The position numbers and the translations under genes were made by a program. From Octopus sinensis (lineage: Eukaryota): 56,633 bases of DNA. This document shows, piece by piece, positions 49,027-56,633 of this stretch. Below the pieces are notes generated by a model, which had not been told where the DNA came from, searched no databases, and saw nothing but the letters and a program-made list of their open reading frames with translations. The stretch covers positions 1 to 56,633 of the forward strand of contig NW_021833683.1 of NCBI RefSeq assembly GCF_006345805.1. Reading direction: 5' to 3'. Position 1 is the stretch's first letter. Each line of letters begins with the position of its first letter.

Positions 49027-49402
49027 AGCAAGAGCACTCAAAAATCGCAAACCTCCGCCAGGTTAACACCAACGTCGTCTCAACTATTAGCCGCCAAAGA
49101 TGATTTTTTGAATGAGAATATCTGAAATAAACTCGACTGTTCTCACAAACGAGAATACTAGAAATGAACCCGACCACTCTCAAAAATGAAGTAAAAAAAA
49201 AATAGGAAAAATAATCCCGTCTTTGTCCGGTACCGGATCTATCACAAAATCTAATCAGTTCCTGCCAGTCACGAGGCCAAACATCCCTGAAAGTTTTATC
49301 CGAATCTATCCAAGGGTTCTTGTGATATCTTGTCCACGGCCAAACATACAAACAAACGCGACCGAAAACAATAGCTCCGCCTTAGCGAAAGCGGAGTTAA
49401 TA
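49027..49402 (+). mobile_element. Helentron-associated (HINE/DINE-1-like) non-autonomous element
   Basis: Subterminal CCTCCGCC at 49052-49059 and 3' hairpin CTCCGC(CTTAGCGAAA)GCGGAG at 49375-49396 that reuses the motif; AT-rich flanks, no TSD. Confidence 0.55.
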
Positions 49403-50734
49403 ATTAAAACTGAATTTCCGACCGAACCTGTCTATATGACGTTTGTCTCGTATTTTGATCATGCAATTGTATCTATGAACTTTGAATGGCACCGTCTACC
49501 TTGGTCTAAAGAGATAAAGTAAAAAGGCGCAGCTTACTGAAGTATGCAGGGTGACAACACAATTCTAAAACTAAAGTCAGTTGACTCACAGTACTCAACT
49601 GAAAGATTGGCTTCAAATATTAGCTCAAGGCCTGCAATTTCGGGGGAGGAGATAAGTTCGAAAGGGGTACTTTTTTATTAATCTTGGAAGGATGAAAGGC
49701 AAAGTGAACCCTGTCGGAATTTGAACTCAGAACATAACGACGCAATGCATTTTGCCCGCCGTGCTAATGGTTCGGCCAGCTCACCGCATTAAGCTTCACT
49801 GAAAGATTACAATTAATACAAAATGAAGAGATACATTCTTGGAGGTAAGAGGATTAATAATGTCAACAAGCTTTTGAAAAGATAGATTAAATTACGTAAG
49901 TTCAAGTAATATCAAGTGATATCGTGGAAATGGTCCATACAAGGAAATATTACGTCTAATGGTAAATTACAATATATCACTAAAATGATGTATCGCAAAT
50001 ATCCATAGCAACAATAAAATGATTACGTTTATGGATTTGTTTTACAGATTCCTGATGTGAAATCGTGTGTTGAAACAGATTTTTTTTTTTATTTATTATT
50101 TAACCACACGCATTATATAGTCATTCTTTACTTCAGTTTTATTATTGCTCTTATTTTAGTGTTTTTTTCATCTGAAATCTTTCGTCATACATCCTGTGAC
50201 CTCTTCAACGACTCTCCATTCCAAGTGTCTCTCTCCGTCCAGTTTAGTCCATTAGAGAATGGTGTGAAGAACTAGTATATAGTTCGTGCAGTTATTCGTT
50301 AAAAAAATAATTATCATCCCGAAATATAAAAATACAGATACTAGAATACAAACACTAAAATATAAGAATATAAAAATACAGACCCTAAAATGCATTTCTT
50401 TCTTGTTAAGACTTTGGTGAAGATGGAGAGGAAATACCTATGACTAAATCTCTTTCCCTCGAGGCCATCCAGTGCCCTAGTGTTATCTAAGGCTACTTAA
50501 TGTAATGTGTCCTTTTAAAGACATTGGGGGTATCATTTTAGAGAAATTTGGCTGCTATTTTTAGAAAGTGAAAGGGAGCACTTAGAGGTTACCTCGTTGG
50601 CTTGTTCTAGAAGATGTAAGCAGTTCAGGTTTATCGATAACAGCAATTGGTATGCAGTGGTATGCAATGGTATGCAATGAAAGTACTTGTTTGGGGACGA
50701 AGTATCATAAAAAGGAAGATGCAGAAGACTGTAA

Positions 50735-51130
50735 AAAGTAGCTAGGCACATGGTTTCAGGTTCAGTCCCACAGCATGGCACCTTGGGCAAGTATATCCCA
50801 CTGACCAAAACCTTATGAGTAAATTTGTTAGACGAAAACTGAAAGAAGCCCGTCGTGTATATATATATCTGTGAGTGTGCTTGCATGTGTGTATGCATAT
50901 GTGTGTGCGCGAGTGTCTGTTTCTGTTTGTCCACTACCACCGCTTGACAACAGGTGTTGGTGTGTTTACGTCCCGTAACTTAATGGTTCTGCAAAAAGAG
51001 ACCGAAAGACGAAGTACCAGGCTTAAAAGAAGAATAACTGGCGGGGGTCGATTCGTCCGACGTAAAAATTATTCAAAGCGATGCCCCAGCATGGCCGCAG
51101 TCTGATGACTGAAACGTGTAAGAGATAAAA
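50735..51130 (+). mobile_element. Family A SINE
   Basis: Family motifs as above. Confidence 0.8.
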
Positions 51131-52094
51131 GTAACAGTGAATCGATAACATCAAAATGATACGTTGAAAGGTGTGGTGCACATTACCAAATGGTATGGGT
51201 ATGGAAGGTCCACTCCACACACTACTGCAATGAATGGTGCGGGCAGCATTTATTCAGGCAACTGAGTTTTATGCTGATGTAATTGACGTTTTGCTAGTTT
51301 TATGAAACATACGTATATTATATAAAGCATTAATGCCGCTTATATTTTCTGTGTTCCTTTTATGTATATGTGTATATATATATATGTATGTATATGTGTG
51401 TGAGTGTGTGTCTCTGTGTGTGTATGTGTGTGTGTGTGTGTGTATGGGTGTGTGTGTGTGTGTGCGTGCGTGTATAACAAAGTGAAGTTGTAAGGTACCA
51501 TACGAGTGGAAATATATATGAAAGAAGGTTTGAAAATGCAATTTTCAAGTGAATAAACATCTTTAAAATTGCATTTTCAAACCTTCTTTCATATATATAT
51601 GCATGTGTGTGTATGTACTTATATATATATATGTATGTGTATATACACACACACACACATGCACATATATACATAGGCATGGAATCTAGGAGATATGCAT
51701 GAATATCTGTATGTGTATAATTGTCATGGTCTCTGACTCATTTTTGACATCAAATTCTTTTTATTCCTTGAAACAAAGTACAGTTAATATGAAGTCTAAG
51801 AAATATGTTCTAAAGAGAATAATGTTCCAATTTATTCTCAGTGACACAATAAAGGAAGTGTAAACCAACGTATTTTAAGACAATAAAGGAAGTGTAAGCC
51901 AATGTATTTTAAGACATCCCGAGTAAACAAAGGACGGGAATAAACTGTGTGAGAGAGACAGGCATGTTTTATGAACGGACAACCGAAGGTGAAGAGAGAA
52001 GATTGTGTAAGAGGAAAGAAAATATGTGGAAGCTCCAAAACTGAATTGTGAAAATGAATTGTAAGAAGTTCCAAAGTGTATCTGGTGATGAGAA

Positions 52095-52378
52095 GGAGGG
52101 GAGGAAGAGAAAGAAGAAAAAGAGAAAGAGAAAGAGGAGGGAGAAAATAAAGAGTGACAGAGTAAGGAAGAGAGGGATAAAAAAGAAGGGAAAAGAGAGA
52201 AAGAGGGGAAGTGACTGAGGAAGATAGATGGGGAAGAAAGAAAGGCAAAGGAAGATAGAAAGATAGAAATAAAAATGAAAGAGAAGGGCGAAACAATGAT
52301 GTAAAACGAGTACTAGAGAGAGAGAGTTAGAATAAGAGAGAGGAGGAGAGAGGGAGAGACGAAGAAAGATCATGTAAA
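52095..52378. repeat. Purine-rich (GA) low-complexity tract
   Basis: Direct reading of the sequence. Confidence 0.85.
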
Positions 52379-52624
52379 TGATAATTGAAGCAACGCCTTT
52401 AGCTAAAGTAAATCAATAAATCAAATATCATTTTAAAAACTTGAGGCAAATCGATGTTAAGAATCAGTTTACATGCCCACATGATAGTTGCAAACTTCAT
52501 TGGATGCTACTTACCAATTATTTGTTTGTGTAACGTTTTACGAATTTACATATTAGGGAAGTAAATCAGTGAGAGAAGAGAATCATTGGACAACAGTATT
52601 GTCTGGGAACTGCCTTCAACTGTT

Positions 52625-52822
52625 TTATTATTTTTACTTGGTTCACTCATTTGAGTGCGGCCATGCTGGAGCATCGCCTTTTGTCGAACAAATCCGCACC
52701 AGGACTTATTCTTTGTAAGCCTAGTAATAATTCTATCGGTCTCTTTTACAGAACCTCTATGTTACGGGGACGTAAACACACCAACATCGATTGTTAAGCA
52801 ATGATGGGGCGGACAAACATAG

Positions 52823-52859
<37 letters not shown>

Positions 52860-53262
52860 CGACGGGCTTCTTTCAGTTTCCGTCTACCAAATCCACTCAC
52901 AAGGCTTTGGTTTTGTTTATTATTTTGGCTCAGTGGCCGGTGGGGGGCGGGTCCATTCACGATTTCAAGGTCGTGAGTTCGATTTCTGGCAACACTTTGC
53001 GTCCTTGAGCAAGACGCTTTATCTCACGTTGCTCCAGTTCAATTAGTTGGCAATAATGAATAGTACCTTTATTTCAAAAGGCCCAACCTTGACACATTCT
53101 GTGTTCCGCTGAATATTTTCAAGAACTACGTTAAGGGCACGTGTGTCTGTGGGGTGCTCAGCCACTTGTACGCTATTTTCAGGAACAGGCTGCTGCTTTG
53201 ATCGCATCAACTTGAAAAATCGTCGTCGTAATCGACTGAGTGCCGGTGATTATCTTAACCTA
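52625..53262. mobile_element. Family A SINE (minus, ~52625-52910) abutting a family D SINE (plus, ~52925-53262)
   Basis: Family motifs as above. Confidence 0.7.
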
Positions 53263-54367
53263 AAATATTGCGTTGTCGCATAAATTAGTTCGTCTTTTTT
53301 CTGCCATGAATTGTTTTATCTTTTTTACAATGCTATTCGAATTTACATTAAACATTTTTATCGCAGTGTTTTTTTTTTTAATTCTTTTTCAATATCTCTT
53401 GTGTATTGTGCTTGAAATTTTACTTCATTTCAGACATTTGACCATTGAGTACGAAATGCAGAAGAAAAGAAACGAACAAATTTACCTTACGACTCACTGC
53501 ATTTTCAAGTGCTTAATATCTTATTCTGCTTGAACATCTATTCTATGTATAATAAATCATTTGCACGGTGAACCGCGAGAATTAAAACGGTGATTTCTAC
53601 ATTTATTTTTAATAAGTTCCAGAAGATTGTAACATAAATCTGTCGATCGATGTTTTACTTTGTCATGGGAGAATAATTTCTTCTTTAAGACAAATGTACG
53701 TTCATAACACAGTAGATTCATTAGCGCAAGAGATTCTGGAACCGTCGTTTTTTCGACATCGAGTTTATTATGAGCAGACATTCGTTGTAAAGAAGTGGTT
53801 AGCATCTGACAAAACGCATCTTTGGGCCTCCGTCGGTCATGGCTGACCATGGATGATGTCATCCGTCCGTTGAGTTGTCTATTCAGTTTTTGCAACGCTT
53901 CCTGTGGCTGTAGAGATCGATGCGAGAGTGGCAGTCTCGTTTGCAGCAAATTCTCTTCGCCAGTCTGCATTAGCATATTCATGTTCGAATCCGCCAGAAC
54001 ACATTAAGAATAAATATAGAAGTCATCATATTCTATGTATTCAAGGCAAAACTGAAAAAGCCGATATTTGCATATCATTTAGCAGAGACATGCTAATTCT
54101 CTCGTACAACGACTTTTAGAAATACACTTCGCAATTTAAAAGAAAAAAATGAATATAAGCACATCGCACTTCTAGTTGTGACTGTTTATTACATTATGAA
54201 ATAAACGCGAATGGAGAAAATTTCATTAAAAATTAGTCTCATAAGGAAGGAATTTTTAAAAATAAGAATATTAGATTTAATATGACATTCATAAAAGACA
54301 CTTGAAGATGAAGGCTTAAATATTATGATTAAATACATTATTCATCTAAACCTATTTATAATGCGCT

Positions 54368-54421
<54 letters not shown>

Positions 54422-54506
54422 GGGTGTGTGTGTGTGTGTGTGTATAAGATTTAACCCGTTATATGCAATAGAATCAGTATACATAGCCATCTATATCATA
54501 CTTAAC

Positions 54507-54580
<74 letters not shown>

Positions 54581-54586
<6 letters not shown>

Positions 54587-55469
54587 CTATGGTTGCAGAA
54601 GAAAACAAATATAAGGTCATCCACGTAACATTTCATATCTCGAACATTTAATCACATAATGGTTTTTCTTTCATATAGAATATACATGCATAAAATCACG
54701 GAGGATGAAGCACAACCCATCAATACAAGCATATATAAAAAATATAAGAAAAATGTGTGAATACAGTCCATCGCGGTTAATAATTAATGATTAATAATTT
54801 AGCGACTAAAAAATAATATTTTTTAACATACATCTAGAATAATAAATACATAAAATATAAAGAAATATATAAATATATAAATATATAAAAAAATATAAAA
54901 ATACATATATATAGGAAGCATATAAATAAATAATATATAATCGTTTAGAAAGTTTTCCGATTAAAAATTACTTTTCGAGATAAGGGAAACCTATTGTTAA
55001 AAGCTTGGACACTGGCTTTTAACAATAGGTTTCCCTTATCTTGAAAAGTAATTTTTAATCGAAAATTTTCTAAACGATGAACTTTTATCTTACCTTATAT
55101 ATTTAATATTATTTATTTATATGCTTCCTATATATATGTATTTTTATATTTTTTTTATATAACTATATATTTATATATGTCTTTATATTTTTATGTATTT
55201 ATTATTCTAGATGTTGTAATGTTAAAAAATATATTTTTTTTTTTAGTCGCTAAATTATTAATCATTAACTTTTAAACGCGATGGACTGTATTCACACATT
55301 TTTCCTATATTTTTTTATATGCATGTATTGATGGGTTGTGCTTCATCTTCCGTGATTTTATGCATGTATATTCTATATGAAAGGAAAAGCATTATGTGAT
55401 TAAATGTTCGAGATATGAAATGTTACGTGGATGACCTCATATTTGTTTGTTCTGCAACCATAGTTTAAT
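54581..55469. repeat. ~890-bp palindrome (foldback element) with a 10-nt loop
   Basis: Arms 54581-55004 and 55015-55469 are reverse complements; loop TTGGACACTG; ends TTAA-ACTATGGTTGCAGAA / TTCTGCAACCATAGT-TTAA. Confidence 0.9.
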
Positions 55470-55550
55470 ATATTTGTCTCATTTAATTGAGCACTTCTAA
55501 AGCAGTTCTATTAAACATTTTGCTCCTGATAAGAAACAATCACTTAATTA

Positions 55551-55657
<107 letters not shown>

Positions 55658-56633
55658 CATCTGTGATATTCGTTTTGAGATAATATCTCTTATGGATGTG
55701 CAGTATGCATATACGCATGTATACGTGTGTGTGTGCGCGCGCAGGCGCCCGTGTGTGTGTGTATGAAATGGAATATTTTTAAAGATTAGAAGGTATTTCA
55801 CTGTACGTGGAATGAGATTATAAATACATTCTTTCTCTGATTTCGATGCGTGGAAAAAAGAGAGACAGACTTTCTTGATGTAGTGTTTCATGACTTTTTG
55901 GCCACCCCTCACAAAAGACGAGCACGGCTTCTTTCTACAATAAATAGAATAGAAATTTAACTGCTACATAAAGCATGTACCATAGGGGATAACCAAATTC
56001 ATATGTATGAACTTTTAATGGTTCGTCATTAATTAAAGAATATCTATTTTATACACATCATTGTGTGAATCAGAACTAAAATAAATTACGGGTTGTTACA
56101 CCGTCCAGTAGATAAAAATTGGCTGGTTGCGTGGACCTGCTGAGAAGCATGGCGATAAATTGAATGCTAGTTTACAAGAATGATAAATATACGTAAGTGC
56201 AGAGAGAGCATGTGCATAATGTTCTTCGATTGATAGGATCAGCAAATTTACCACCCGATACATTGGGGAGTTATTAATATTTGGTAATCACTATCACATT
56301 TCCAACAAACTAATTCCATTTACTTTCTGGAAACAATATATCTAGCCTAGCTCAAATCAGCTGTCGCCATCTTAAACGGCAATCGTCATAAAATCATTTT
56401 TATTCCCAGTGTAATTTTACAATGAAGAACATTTTAGTGCCGGTTCCAGTTTTCAACTTTTTCAACGTAGGGTAAACCATGAAAATGAATTAAATTGTGG
56501 AAAAATTAAATTAGATGTTTTTTTAAAAAATATTTTCAGTTTTCAAATAGGTGGGACATTTTCATTTTCTCTCTCTATCTCTCTCTTTCTTTCTCTCTCT
56601 CTATCTCTCTCTTCTCTCTCTCTCTCTCTCTCT

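Noticed and set aside
51102-51115. CTGATGACTGAAAC hammerhead-like string
   Set aside because: No helix II can form; it is a loop variant of the family A SINE tail hairpin.

Overview
AT-rich, microsatellite-saturated eukaryotic DNA that is almost entirely repeat-derived. It is most likely intronic or intergenic sequence of an octopus-type cephalopod genome; this is inferred from the SINE families and repeat density, not proven. No host protein-coding gene can be called with confidence. Most ORFs in the track are microsatellite artefacts, and the rest are transposon relics: a Penelope-like GIY-YIG endonuclease, L1/Tx1 ORF1 and ORF2 pieces, and mariner/Tc1 and hAT transposases. The window holds dozens of tRNA-headed SINEs of at least four families, several MITEs, Helitron/Helentron-like elements and an ~890 bp palindrome. 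The main structure not explained by the ORF track is a set of about nine minimal type I hammerhead ribozyme motifs from several unrelated sequence families. Six lie in the first 4.1 kb, and two (4030-4072 and 21434-21526) look fully intact. Most sit in Penelope-like terminal segments abutting (TA)n tracts. One terminates a 3.7 kb ORF-less, extremely G-poor element built of higher-order tandem repeats. All family assignments were made by eye, and repeat boundaries are approximate unless a TSD or TIR is quoted.
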